Shown here one piece after another: positions 10,053 to 19,371 of a stretch of 64,000 bases of DNA. Position numbers and translations under genes: made by a program. Positions within the stretch are counted from its first letter, which is position 1. The number at the start of each line of letters is the position of its first letter. The DNA is from a virus (taxonomy: Duplodnaviria; Caudoviricetes), in the IMG/VR virus record IMGVR_UViG_3300042452_000698, positions 1-64,000 of that record; one strand, given 5' to 3'. A model generated the notes under the pieces. It saw only the letters and a list, made by a program, of their open reading frames with translations. It ran no database searches and was not told the origin of the DNA.

Positions 10053-10508
10053 ATGCAAAATGTATTAATATGTTATTTTTTACTAATTATACTGTTAGAA
10101 GTTCTTATAGTTTATCAAGAGTATCTTGATTCTATAGAAAAACCAAAGAAACCATTAGATTTTAATTTCACTTACTTAAAAAAAGAAAAAGAGGGTATAA
10201 ATATGGCATTAGTTTATTCAGTTACGTGTTCTAGACCAGTAGATGTAGATGTTATTGAAAGAAGATTAGTTACTAAAGTCAATGGAGAGGTTGTATCATC
10301 AAACGTTTATGACGCAAACACCGTTGATTTTGGAGAGGTCTTGTTTTCAGACGGAGACTCTGTTATACTATCGTTGGTGGATGTTGATGATGCTGGTAAT
10401 GTTAGTGAGCCAGCCACTTTGGAGTTTGTTGCGGCAGATACTATTCCGCCACAAGTTCCCGGCGGTCTTGGAGTGACTCTATTAAGAGAAGTTACACCAA
10501 ACGAATAA
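10053..10508 (+). CDS. Small Ig/FN3-like beta protein with an optional N-terminal membrane anchor (internal start 10203)
   Basis: Hydrophobic VLICYFLLIILLEVLIVY; second in-frame ATG at 10203 after GAGGG; DDAGNVSEP...DTIPP motif. Confidence 0.6.
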   Translation: MQNVLICYFLLIILLEVLIVYQEYLDSIEKPKKPLDFNFTYLKKEKEGINMALVYSVTCSRPVDVDVIERRLVTKVNGEVVSSNVYDANTVDFGEVLFSDGDSVILSLVDVDDAGNVSEPATLEFVAADTIPPQVPGGLGVTLLREVTPNE

Positions 10509-10524
10509 TTTGATTATTAAGACG

Positions 10525-10557
10525 CTGCGGGGGAAACAAATTCCCCCTCAGTGTTTT
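10525..10557 (+). terminator. Rho-independent terminator
   Basis: CTGCGGGGGAA-ACAAA-TTCCCCCTCAG (one mismatch) followed by TGTTTT. Confidence 0.75.
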
Positions 10558-10579
10558 AATGTATTCTTTGCGGTATAAT
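10551..10579 (+). promoter_or_regulatory. Putative promoter GTGTTT-N17-TATAAT upstream of dnaE-N
   Basis: Perfect -10 TATAAT at 10574-10579; the same GTGTTT hexamer at the same spacing recurs at 14816. Confidence 0.55.
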
Positions 10580-10611
10580 AGGTTGATTGATAATCTTTGA
10601 AAAGGAGATAT

Positions 10612-12225
10612 ATGAATTGGTTTCCATTGATTAATTTTACGCATTATAGTTTGCTCAAAGGGTTTTCCAAGCCAGAAGAATTAGCTCAAAAGTGCAAGGA
10701 TAATAATTATCCAGCATGTGGTATTTGCGATTACAAAACAATATCTGGCACAGTATCTTTCTATAAAGCTTGTAAAAATGTTGGAATAAAACCAATCATA
10801 GGTTGCTCTTTTGATAATTTTATACTCTTTTCTAAGAATAAAGATGGTTGGAATGATCTAATTTTTTTGGTATCATCGCTTGACGAAAATGGTAACTTAT
10901 TACCAGAAACTTTAAATAAAGTAATTTCTAAAAATAACTTAATCAAATTAAGCAATAGCCAATCTAAAGACCTTCCGCATAGCTATTATGTTGACAAGAA
11001 GGACGCAAAGCTTCATAGAATTTTACTATGTTCTGATATGAAAACAACTTTACCAAAAGTTCAAAAGAACATTAGACCAGATAATCGTAGCGGAATAAAT
11101 GTAAAATTCCCTAAAGAGCATATGGATAAGTTAATATACTTCATGCAAGATACATTTCATGTAAAAAATAAAGAAGAATCTAAAGACTTAGATACCAAAG
11201 AACTTGAATCTATATATAATCAATGCGAAGACTATGATATCTTAAGCAAGCCAATGCTTCCCAAGTTCGACTGTCCAAACGGACTATCAGAAGAAGAATA
11301 CTTAAAAGAACTATGTAGAATTGGTTGGAAAAAACTATTAATAGAAACTGGAAAAGTTAAAGACCAGAAAAACAAACAAATATACGCAGATAGATTTAAT
11401 GAAGAATTAAATGTTATTAAAGAAGCAAACTTGTTCGGATATTTTCTTATAGTGCAAGATATTATAAGCTATGTTAATAAGCAAGGCTGGCTTTCTGGTC
11501 CCGGAAGGGGAAGTGCTGCCGGATGCTTAATTTCATACTTAATTGGCATTACTCAAATTGATCCAATTGAATATGATTTATTGTTTGAAAGATTCTATAA
11601 CAAAGGAAGAAACACAGAAGGAAATATATCATTACCAGATATAGATATGGACGTTCCAGCGAATCATCGTGATGAAATCATACTCTACATAAAAGATAAA
11701 TATGGACACGATCATGTTAGCCAAATGATCACGTTTGGAAGACTACAGGGCAGAAGTGCAATAAAAGAAGTGTTACGTGTGCATGAAGCCTGCTCTTTCG
11801 CAGAAATGAATGTTATAACTAAAAATATTCCTAACGAAGCAGAAATATCTGACCAGTTAGCAGAAATGGAAGACGAAGAAAGATCTATCATAAGATGGGC
11901 ATTAATTAATAACTCAAAAGAGCTACAAGATTTTTGCCACATAAATGAAGAAGGAAACCTTGAGGGTCAATATGCAGAATATTTTGACCAAGCTATAAAA
12001 ATAGAAGGAACGTTTAAAACACAGGGAAAACATGCGGCTGGTGTTGTGATATCATCAAAGCCACTAAAACAGGTTTGCCCCATGATCAATTCAAAAGATT
12101 CAGATGAAAAAATAGCTGGTTTAGAAATGTCAGACCTAGAAAGTTTAGGACATACAAAGTTTGATGTTTTAGGGATCACTTTGCTCGATAAACTCATGAA
12201 AGTAAAGGAATTAATACATGGCTAA
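10612..12225 (+). CDS. dnaE: DNA polymerase III alpha, N-terminal polypeptide (degenerate PHP + palm/thumb)
   Basis: THYSLLKG, GPGRGSAAGCLISYLIGITQIDP, LLFERF, PDIDMD, GKHAAGVVIS, KFDVLG; ATG at 10612 follows AAGGAG. Confidence 0.95.
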   Translation: MNWFPLINFTHYSLLKGFSKPEELAQKCKDNNYPACGICDYKTISGTVSFYKACKNVGIKPIIGCSFDNFILFSKNKDGWNDLIFLVSSLDENGNLLPETLNKVISKNNLIKLSNSQSKDLPHSYYVDKKDAKLHRILLCSDMKTTLPKVQKNIRPDNRSGINVKFPKEHMDKLIYFMQDTFHVKNKEESKDLDTKELESIYNQCEDYDILSKPMLPKFDCPNGLSEEEYLKELCRIGWKKLLIETGKVKDQKNKQIYADRFNEELNVIKEANLFGYFLIVQDIISYVNKQGWLSGPGRGSAAGCLISYLIGITQIDPIEYDLLFERFYNKGRNTEGNISLPDIDMDVPANHRDEIILYIKDKYGHDHVSQMITFGRLQGRSAIKEVLRVHEACSFAEMNVITKNIPNEAEISDQLAEMEDEERSIIRWALINNSKELQDFCHINEEGNLEGQYAEYFDQAIKIEGTFKTQGKHAAGVVISSKPLKQVCPMINSKDSDEKIAGLEMSDLESLGHTKFDVLGITLLDKLMKVKELIHG

Positions 12226-12898
12226 TAGGGACTATATTTGCTTCGATTTCGAGACGGGAAGTCGCAATCCACACAAAACTCAGCCAACACAAATTGCTGC
12301 TCTAGCTATAGATGGAAGAAATTTAGCTGTTAAGGGTCAATTTAATAGTGAAATAAAGCCAATACTTGATGACGAAGAAGCTATATCTTTAGGTTTAGAT
12401 CCAGTTGAAGAAGAGGCTCTTAGAATAACTGGTAAGAATAGAGAAGCTCTGGAAAAAGCTCCTTCTTTAAAGTCGGTTTGGAGTAAGTTTGTTAAGTTTG
12501 TTGATCAATATAACTGGAAGAACGATCCATTTTTTGCACCAATACCAGTTGGTTTCAATATCATTGGCTTTGATATGATTATAGTAAATAGGATTTGCGA
12601 ACAGTTTGGTCCGTGGGATAAAGATAGAAGACAACAGAAACTTTTTAGTAAAGTATACAAAATAGATATTATGGATAATGTTTTTGCTTGGACAGAAAGC
12701 GATCCATCAATAAGATCAATAAGCATGGACTCATTAAGAGAAAGAATGGGATTGAGTTTAGATAAAGCACATGACGCACTACAAGACGTAAAAGATGAAG
12801 CTAATATTTTTATTAAGTTACTAAAGACACATAGATCAGTATATCAAAATATTACATTTGAAAAAGCTTTTGCCGATGGCAAGCTGTATGTAAAATGA
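12218..12898 (+). CDS. DEDDh 3'-5' exonuclease (DnaQ/epsilon-like)
   Basis: ExoI CFDFETG, ExoII GFNIIGFD, ExoIII HDALQD. Confidence 0.9.
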   Translation: MANRDYICFDFETGSRNPHKTQPTQIAALAIDGRNLAVKGQFNSEIKPILDDEEAISLGLDPVEEEALRITGKNREALEKAPSLKSVWSKFVKFVDQYNWKNDPFFAPIPVGFNIIGFDMIIVNRICEQFGPWDKDRRQQKLFSKVYKIDIMDNVFAWTESDPSIRSISMDSLRERMGLSLDKAHDALQDVKDEANIFIKLLKTHRSVYQNITFEKAFADGKLYVK

Positions 12899-13263
12899 AT
12901 AATAAAGAGACAATAGAATACAGAAAGAATATAATAGATCAATATAAAGTGTCAAATGGGTGTTCCATATGTGGATATAATAAACATCCTGCTAGCATAT
13001 GTTTTGATCACCTTGACGGATCAGAAAAAGCAGAAATAACTAAAAATGGATGTTCAAAAAGAAGTTGTGCCGGTGGCATGTATATGTTATACTCTAAGAA
13101 ACACCACATAGAAGATCTAATATCTGAAATTCAAAAATGTAGATTACTATGCCACAACTGCCACATGGAACATACTCATAAAAATAATTCAAGTATTATT
13201 GATAAAAAAATGACAATGGACGAATTGACAACTCTTTTGAGAAAAGAAAATGATGAACTATAA
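12895..13263 (+). CDS. HNH endonuclease
   Basis: CSICGY...FDHLD...EIQKCRLLCHNCHMEH. Confidence 0.85.
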   Translation: MNNKETIEYRKNIIDQYKVSNGCSICGYNKHPASICFDHLDGSEKAEITKNGCSKRSCAGGMYMLYSKKHHIEDLISEIQKCRLLCHNCHMEHTHKNNSSIIDKKMTMDELTTLLRKENDEL

Positions 13264-14812
13264 CGACGAGAAAACTTGGAAATTATTTAGCGAAGGTAAA
13301 ACTAAGGGTGTTTTTCAGTTAGAAAGCAATCTTGGAAAGTCTTGGTCTAAGAAACTAGCACCAAGAAATATAGAAGAACTTTCAGCATTAATAGCTATTA
13401 TTAGGCCGGGATCATTAAAGTCTTATTATGAAGGCAAATCAATGACCCAGCACTATGTTGATAGGAAACATGGCAAAGAAGATATATCATATCTACATCC
13501 ATCATTAGAGGAAATACTTGGACCAACATACGGCGTCTTGTGTTATCAAGAACAGTCCATGAGAATAGCACAAAAAATTGCTGGATTTAATTTACAGGAA
13601 GCCGATGAACTTAGAAAAGCTATTGGTAAAAAGAAAGCCGACTTGATGGCAAAGGTTAAAAAGAAATTTATAACCGGAGCAGAGAAAGTTTCTGTCGTTT
13701 CTAAAGAAGAAGCAGAAGAAATCTTCGGATGGATTGAAAAGTCATCAAGATATGCTTTTAATAAATCTCACAGCGTTTCTTATGCGGTTTGTTCTTATTG
13801 GAGTGCTTATGAAAAGGCTCATAACCCAAAAGAATTCTTTTTATCATACTTATATTATGCTTCAGAAAAACAAGACCCACATAGAGAAATATATGAATTA
13901 ATATCAGAAGCAAAGCTATTCGATATCAACGTAAAGTTACCTAATTTAAGTAATTTTAGCTCAAAGTTTATAATTAGAGGTAATGATATTTACTTTGGTA
14001 TTAAAGATATAAAATCATTGACCGGTAAAACTGGCGACAAAGTATTAGAATCAATAGAAGAACTACAGAAAGAAAAGCAAAAAAAGATATCTGACTTTAC
14101 TTGGATGGAGATATTGATTTTTCTTGGTGGTAAAATAAACTCAACTTCTTTTAAAGCGCTTTCATCTATTGGATTTTTTAGAGACTGCAAAACTAAAATA
14201 AATAGAAATAGAGCATTATATGAGTATGATATTTTTAAGTCCTTGACAAAAGCGGAGCAGACTTGGGTAACTGAAAACTATCCAAATAAATCATGGACTA
14301 ATCTAGTGGATTGTTTAAAAGACTTGGCACCAACCAAAAAGAACGGTGGAGGAACAAGCAAGGAAGATCGCAAACAGGCCGTAGAAAATGAAATACAGCT
14401 TTTAGTTAACCCTCCATACGACTTAAATGATGAACCAAGCTGGATAATAGAGCAAGAAATTAACTTTTTGGGATGTCCAGTTTCGATCACAAAAATAGAA
14501 ACATCCGATACATCTGCCGCCAATACAACGTGCAAAGATATTATTAATGGAAAACGTGGAAAAGATTTGTGCATAGTTGCTAATATACAGAGAATTTCGG
14601 ATTATAAAATACAAAAGGGTGAATCTAAGGGCAAAATAATGTCCTTTTTAACTATAGAAGATGAAACGTGCATATTAGATAGTGTAATAGTATTCCCAAC
14701 GGTAAAGGAAAAGTACAAGTATGTCCTTTATGAAGGTAATAATCTTATATTGTGTGGTAATGTCACTGGAGAAGATTCGTCTTTTATAGTAAATCAAGTC
14801 CATGAAATCTAG
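13250..14812 (+). CDS. dnaE: DNA polymerase III alpha, C-terminal polypeptide (fingers, HhH, OB)
   Basis: KGVFQLES, IAIIRPG, YGVLCYQEQ, ADELRKAIGKK, YAFNKSHSVSY, GIKDIK, C-terminal OB (MSFLTIED). Confidence 0.95.
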   Translation: MMNYNDEKTWKLFSEGKTKGVFQLESNLGKSWSKKLAPRNIEELSALIAIIRPGSLKSYYEGKSMTQHYVDRKHGKEDISYLHPSLEEILGPTYGVLCYQEQSMRIAQKIAGFNLQEADELRKAIGKKKADLMAKVKKKFITGAEKVSVVSKEEAEEIFGWIEKSSRYAFNKSHSVSYAVCSYWSAYEKAHNPKEFFLSYLYYASEKQDPHREIYELISEAKLFDINVKLPNLSNFSSKFIIRGNDIYFGIKDIKSLTGKTGDKVLESIEELQKEKQKKISDFTWMEILIFLGGKINSTSFKALSSIGFFRDCKTKINRNRALYEYDIFKSLTKAEQTWVTENYPNKSWTNLVDCLKDLAPTKKNGGGTSKEDRKQAVENEIQLLVNPPYDLNDEPSWIIEQEINFLGCPVSITKIETSDTSAANTTCKDIINGKRGKDLCIVANIQRISDYKIQKGESKGKIMSFLTIEDETCILDSVIVFPTVKEKYKYVLYEGNNLILCGNVTGEDSSFIVNQVHEI

Positions 14813-14815
14813 GCT

Positions 14816-14844
14816 GTGTTTTTAACGGCTGTTCTTGCTAAAAT
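14816..14844 (+). promoter_or_regulatory. Putative promoter GTGTTT-N17-TAAAAT (extended -10 TGcTAAAAT) upstream of ssb
   Basis: Intergenic; same architecture as 10551; RBS AGGAG follows. Confidence 0.55.
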
Positions 14845-14863
14845 ACTAAGATAGGAGATATAA

Positions 14864-15178
14864 ATGAATTTGTGTTGTTTTACTGGATATTTAGTTGAAA
14901 ATCCAAGAATTTCTATGGATGGAGACATTGTAAAGGCAGAATTTACAATGGTTGTCTATACCTATAGAAAAACTAAAACAGGGGAAAAAAATAGAATTCC
15001 CACATATTTAAGGTGTGAAGCTTGGCATACTGGTGCTGAAACTCTTGAGAAATATGCTATAAGAGGAACAAAGTTAACAGTTTATGCTTCAGCTAAGAAT
15101 GTTTCTAAAGAAAATAAAGCTGTAGTTTTCAGAATAAATGAGTTTGATTTTTGCAACCAAGAACAAGAAGATTACTGA
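14864..15178 (+). CDS. ssb: Single-stranded DNA-binding protein (short)
   Basis: MNLCCFTGYLVENP, TYLRCEAW, RGTKLTV OB-fold pattern; short acidic tail. Confidence 0.8.
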   Translation: MNLCCFTGYLVENPRISMDGDIVKAEFTMVVYTYRKTKTGEKNRIPTYLRCEAWHTGAETLEKYAIRGTKLTVYASAKNVSKENKAVVFRINEFDFCNQEQEDY

Positions 15179-15181
15179 TAT

Positions 15182-16843
15182 ATGAGAAAAAAAAGAATAC
15201 TATTTTGTAGCGAAGCCACATTTTTAAATACTGGATACGCTACATACACAAGGGAAATATTAAATTATTTACACGGTACTGGCAAATATGATTTGGCAGA
15301 AATGGCCTCTTATGGAGAAAGAAATGATCCTAGAGCCTCAAGTATACCTTGGAAATACTATGGAGTAGTACCTGACAGCAAATGCTCACAAGAAGAAATA
15401 AATTCTTATGCACAACATCCAACAGCACAGTTTGGTGAACTATTATTTGAACATGCGTGTCTAGATTTTAGGCCAGATATTGTTTGTGATATTAGAGACT
15501 TTTGGATGATGGACTTTCAAGATAGGTCGCCATTTAGACCGTTCTTTAAGTGGTGCATAATGCCAACGGTTGATGCCGCACCGCAAGCAAGACAGTGGAT
15601 AGCAACATATCAATCAGCAGATGCCTGTTTGAGTTATTCTGAATGGTCTGGAAGAGTATTGAAAGACCAATCTGGTGGTAAAATTAATTATATTGGTGCA
15701 TCACCACCGTCCGCACACGAAGCTTATCAAGTAATGGAAGACAAGAAATCTTTAAGAGAATCTATGGGAATAGATAAAGACTGTTTTATAATAGGAACAG
15801 TCATGAGAAATCAAAGAAGAAAACTATATCCAGACCTGTTTGAAGCTTTTAAGATTCTTCTCTCTAAAGTACCAAACCCGGAAAAGTATTTCTTGTATTG
15901 TCATACAAGTTATCCAGACTTAGGATGGGATATACCAGAGCTTCTACATCAGCACCAGCTTTCATCTAAGGTTTATTTTACATACATATGTTCAGAAACT
16001 AAAAGACCATTTGCTTCATTATTTAATAGTGCTGTAACTCAATCTCCATATACTGGAAGATATGCCGCCGTTCTTTCTAACGTTAAACACGGTGCTAGTT
16101 ATGAAGATTTGGCTAAAATAATGAACGTGTTTGATTTATATGTTCAATATGCTAACTGCGAGGGATTTGGTTTACCGCAAGTAGAAGCTGCCGCATGTGG
16201 CGTTCCAGTTATGGCTACGGACTATTCTGCTATGGAAAGTGTTGTTAGAAATCTTGGTGGAATACCAATCAAACCAAAAACTCTCTATAAAGAATTAGAA
16301 ACAGGATGTTTTAGAGCCGTTCCAGACAATGAGCTTGCAGCAAATTTAATGCTAGATTTCTTTAATTTGTCAGAAGAACAAAGAAAAGAATTTGGAATAA
16401 AAACAAGACTAGCATTTGAACATCATTACCAGTGGCATAAAAGCGGTTCTGTTTGGGAAAATTATTTTGATTCTGTGGAAATACAACCAGAAGAAAAAAC
16501 TTGGAAATCTCCACCAAGAATTAGGGTTCCTCAACCAAAACCGGAACGTATTCCTCCAAACGCTTCACACTCACAATTGGCAAATTGGTTGATAACAAAT
16601 GTATTGTGCGAACCAGAAAAATTAAATTCTTACATGGAAGCTAGAATAATAAGAGATTTAATTTATCAACAAACAACATCAACAACTGGCGGATTATATT
16701 TTAATGAAAGCTCTGCCGCATTTGATGGAAGGTTAGCAAGAAGTCCGTTTGATTTTAATATTGCGTATGATAACATGGAAGCTGCCTGCAAAAGAAGAAA
16801 CGCTTGGGAACAAAGAAGAGCAGAGGTTTTTAACTTAATATGA
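15182..16843 (+). CDS. Glycosyltransferase family 4 (GT-B) with C-terminal extension
   Basis: GTVMRNQRRK, FDLYVQ, EGFGLPQVE (EX7E), ACGVPVMATD. Confidence 0.9.
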   Translation: MRKKRILFCSEATFLNTGYATYTREILNYLHGTGKYDLAEMASYGERNDPRASSIPWKYYGVVPDSKCSQEEINSYAQHPTAQFGELLFEHACLDFRPDIVCDIRDFWMMDFQDRSPFRPFFKWCIMPTVDAAPQARQWIATYQSADACLSYSEWSGRVLKDQSGGKINYIGASPPSAHEAYQVMEDKKSLRESMGIDKDCFIIGTVMRNQRRKLYPDLFEAFKILLSKVPNPEKYFLYCHTSYPDLGWDIPELLHQHQLSSKVYFTYICSETKRPFASLFNSAVTQSPYTGRYAAVLSNVKHGASYEDLAKIMNVFDLYVQYANCEGFGLPQVEAAACGVPVMATDYSAMESVVRNLGGIPIKPKTLYKELETGCFRAVPDNELAANLMLDFFNLSEEQRKEFGIKTRLAFEHHYQWHKSGSVWENYFDSVEIQPEEKTWKSPPRIRVPQPKPERIPPNASHSQLANWLITNVLCEPEKLNSYMEARIIRDLIYQQTTSTTGGLYFNESSAAFDGRLARSPFDFNIAYDNMEAACKRRNAWEQRRAEVFNLI

Positions 16844-17964
16844 AAACATTATTCATAGGACACTATAAAGAAAATAGCGGCTGGTCACACTCCGCAATAA
16901 ACACTATACTATCAATGAGTAGTGTGGATTTAGATGTTGTGTGTAGAAATGTAGCACTAACACAATATGACAATTCTAATATTGATCATAGATTAATAAT
17001 GCTAGAAAATAAGTCTCTTGATAATATAGATGTTTGTATACAAAATGTACTTCCACATCATATTGTTGGAACACAAAAGTTCAAAAAGAATATAGCTTAT
17101 TTTGTTGGAGAATCAAATACTCTAAAACATAATAAATGGTTAAATTATTTAAAGTTAGTAGATGAAGTATGGGTTCCAAATGAAAGTCTGAAAAATTCAC
17201 TAACTAAAGATGGAATAAAAAATGTTGTTAAAATTCCATATGCTTTTGATATAGATTATTATTCAAACACAAACTATCAACCCATTAGTTTTAAAGATGT
17301 AAATCATACTTTTAAATTTTACTATATAGGTGAGTTTAATGATAGAAAGAATATAGAATCTATTATCAGATGCTTTCATAGTGAATTTAATGGTGCAGAG
17401 CAGGTTTCATTAGTTTTAAAACTAAAGAAGTTTGGCATTTCTTCACAAGAGCTAAGATCTCATGTTACTAATATTTCTAATCAGATAAAAAATGAATTAA
17501 GAATTCATAAAGATTTAGATTCATACAAGAAAGAAGTTATTATAACAGAAAGCTTTACTCAGGACCAAATAAAATCTTTGCATAAATCTTGTGATTGTTT
17601 TGTTTCACCTAGCCACGGCGAAGGATGGTCAATACCTTCCTTTGAAGCAATGTGTTATGGAAACACGCCAATATGTAGTAATGAGGGTGGACCAAAAGAA
17701 TATATTGATGAATCAAACAAAAACACCGGAACTTTAATTAATGGTGTTTATGATATTTGTAACCATTCTGATCCAGCATTCCCAGATCTTTTTACCGGCA
17801 AAGAATTGTGGTTTCATCCAAGCGAAAAAGAAATCAAGGATGCTATGAGATTCTATTATGAGAATAGAAACTCTACAAATAAAAAGGATGGATTAGAATA
17901 TGGAAAGCAATTCTCTTATGAAAATATTGGAAATATGATAAAGGAAAAAATAAATGATCAATAA
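16840..17964 (+). CDS. Glycosyltransferase family 4 (GT-B)
   Basis: IGEFNDRKN, CDCFVSPSHGEGWSIPSFEAMCYG. Confidence 0.9.
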   Translation: MKTLFIGHYKENSGWSHSAINTILSMSSVDLDVVCRNVALTQYDNSNIDHRLIMLENKSLDNIDVCIQNVLPHHIVGTQKFKKNIAYFVGESNTLKHNKWLNYLKLVDEVWVPNESLKNSLTKDGIKNVVKIPYAFDIDYYSNTNYQPISFKDVNHTFKFYYIGEFNDRKNIESIIRCFHSEFNGAEQVSLVLKLKKFGISSQELRSHVTNISNQIKNELRIHKDLDSYKKEVIITESFTQDQIKSLHKSCDCFVSPSHGEGWSIPSFEAMCYGNTPICSNEGGPKEYIDESNKNTGTLINGVYDICNHSDPAFPDLFTGKELWFHPSEKEIKDAMRFYYENRNSTNKKDGLEYGKQFSYENIGNMIKEKINDQ

Positions 17965-18955
17965 TTCTGTAGAAAGAATAGTTCATATATCTAATGCTCC
18001 ACAAAAAAAGGAGAAGTACAATATATTAACATTCCCAACGCACGAAAGATACGAAACACAGCTAAGTAAAACTGGCCATAATTTTTATTCTTTTCATATG
18101 AAGGGATCAAAAAAGTGGAATTCAAATCAGATAAGCGTTCCATCAAATTATCATATTCTTCCAGAAGATCAGCTATGTCCGTTTCTTCAATATGATTTTA
18201 TATTATCACAAAGTAAGTTTTGGCAATTTCAAGTTGCTTCTCAGATAAAAGATTTTCTAAAAATACCATTAATATCTTTAGAGCATACTGTCCCAACGCC
18301 GCAAACAATTAACAAAGATAATTTAGATCTAATGAAAAGGATGGTTGGTGATATCAATGTTTTTATATCCAACTATTCTAAAAACCAGTGGCAGATATCG
18401 TATAACTCAACCATTGTGCATCATGGAATAGACACAGAAACATTTAAACCACTAGACATAGAAAAAGAGAATACGGTTCTAACGGTAGCTAACGATTTTA
18501 TTAATAGAGACTACTGTTTAAACTACAGCGGATGGAAAAGGGTTGTAGCTGGATTAAACACTAGAGTTGTTGGAGATACTCCCGGATTATCCAAGTCGGC
18601 AGAATCAACAGAAGATTTGGTACAGGAGTATAATAAAGCCTCTGTGTATTTTAATAGCTCAACACTAAGCCCAATACCAACATCTTTATTAGAAGCAATG
18701 TCATGTGGTTGTGCGGTGGTTTCTACCGCCACATGCATGATACCAGAAATAATAAAGAACGGTGAAAACGGTTTCATATCTAATGATGAAAATGAGCTTA
18801 CTGAATATATACAGCGGCTTTTATCGGATAAAGAATTAAGAACATCCGTTGGGCAAAAAGCCAGACAAACAATACTAGATCAATTCTCAGAAACTAACTT
18901 TATAAATAAGTGGAATAAAATATTTGATTCAACATACGAGGTTTCAATAAGATGA
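17954..18955 (+). CDS. Glycosyltransferase family 4 (GT-B)
   Basis: IVHHGID, YNKASVYF, SLLEAMSCGCAVVST, IKNGENGF. Confidence 0.88.
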   Translation: MINNSVERIVHISNAPQKKEKYNILTFPTHERYETQLSKTGHNFYSFHMKGSKKWNSNQISVPSNYHILPEDQLCPFLQYDFILSQSKFWQFQVASQIKDFLKIPLISLEHTVPTPQTINKDNLDLMKRMVGDINVFISNYSKNQWQISYNSTIVHHGIDTETFKPLDIEKENTVLTVANDFINRDYCLNYSGWKRVVAGLNTRVVGDTPGLSKSAESTEDLVQEYNKASVYFNSSTLSPIPTSLLEAMSCGCAVVSTATCMIPEIIKNGENGFISNDENELTEYIQRLLSDKELRTSVGQKARQTILDQFSETNFINKWNKIFDSTYEVSIR

Positions 18956-19371
18956 AAATACAAATTACAGAAAATGTAGAGCAAGTAATAGATGGTTATT
19001 TAATGATTCCAATAGTATATGGAAAAATAGATATTGATGCTATACCAAATAATTCAGCAACAGACATAGTGGCAGAAAATGCCCCAGATGCAGTATACGT
19101 TGATGATATTATAGAATTTTTTCAAAAAGTTGCCTCAAAGGTTAGAACAAATGGAAGACTGTTTGTGTCTGGAACAGATTTATCATTGTTATGTAAGGAT
19201 GTTATTTCTGGCGAAATTAATGCGGTGCAATTTAATAAATTAACAACACAAAAAAGATCACTATATCCTACTAATGATATAGTCAATATAATGCTTAATT
19301 TAGGATTAAAAATAGAATCTGTACAAATTAAAGGAAACAATTATGAAATTAGAGCCACCAGATCTAATTAA
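18952..19371 (+). CDS. Hypothetical protein, degenerate methyltransferase-like
   Basis: NSATDIVAENAPD...FFQKVASKVRTNGRLFVSGTD resembles the C-terminal half of class I MTases; no glycine-rich motif I. Confidence 0.45.
   Translation: MKIQITENVEQVIDGYLMIPIVYGKIDIDAIPNNSATDIVAENAPDAVYVDDIIEFFQKVASKVRTNGRLFVSGTDLSLLCKDVISGEINAVQFNKLTTQKRSLYPTNDIVNIMLNLGLKIESVQIKGNNYEIRATRSN

Noticed and set aside
12150-13330. Split intein or group I intron joining the two dnaE halves
   Set aside because: No intein N-terminus (C/S start) after KFDVLG and no His-Asn/Cys junction before GVFQLES; all ORFs overlap, leaving no space for an intron core
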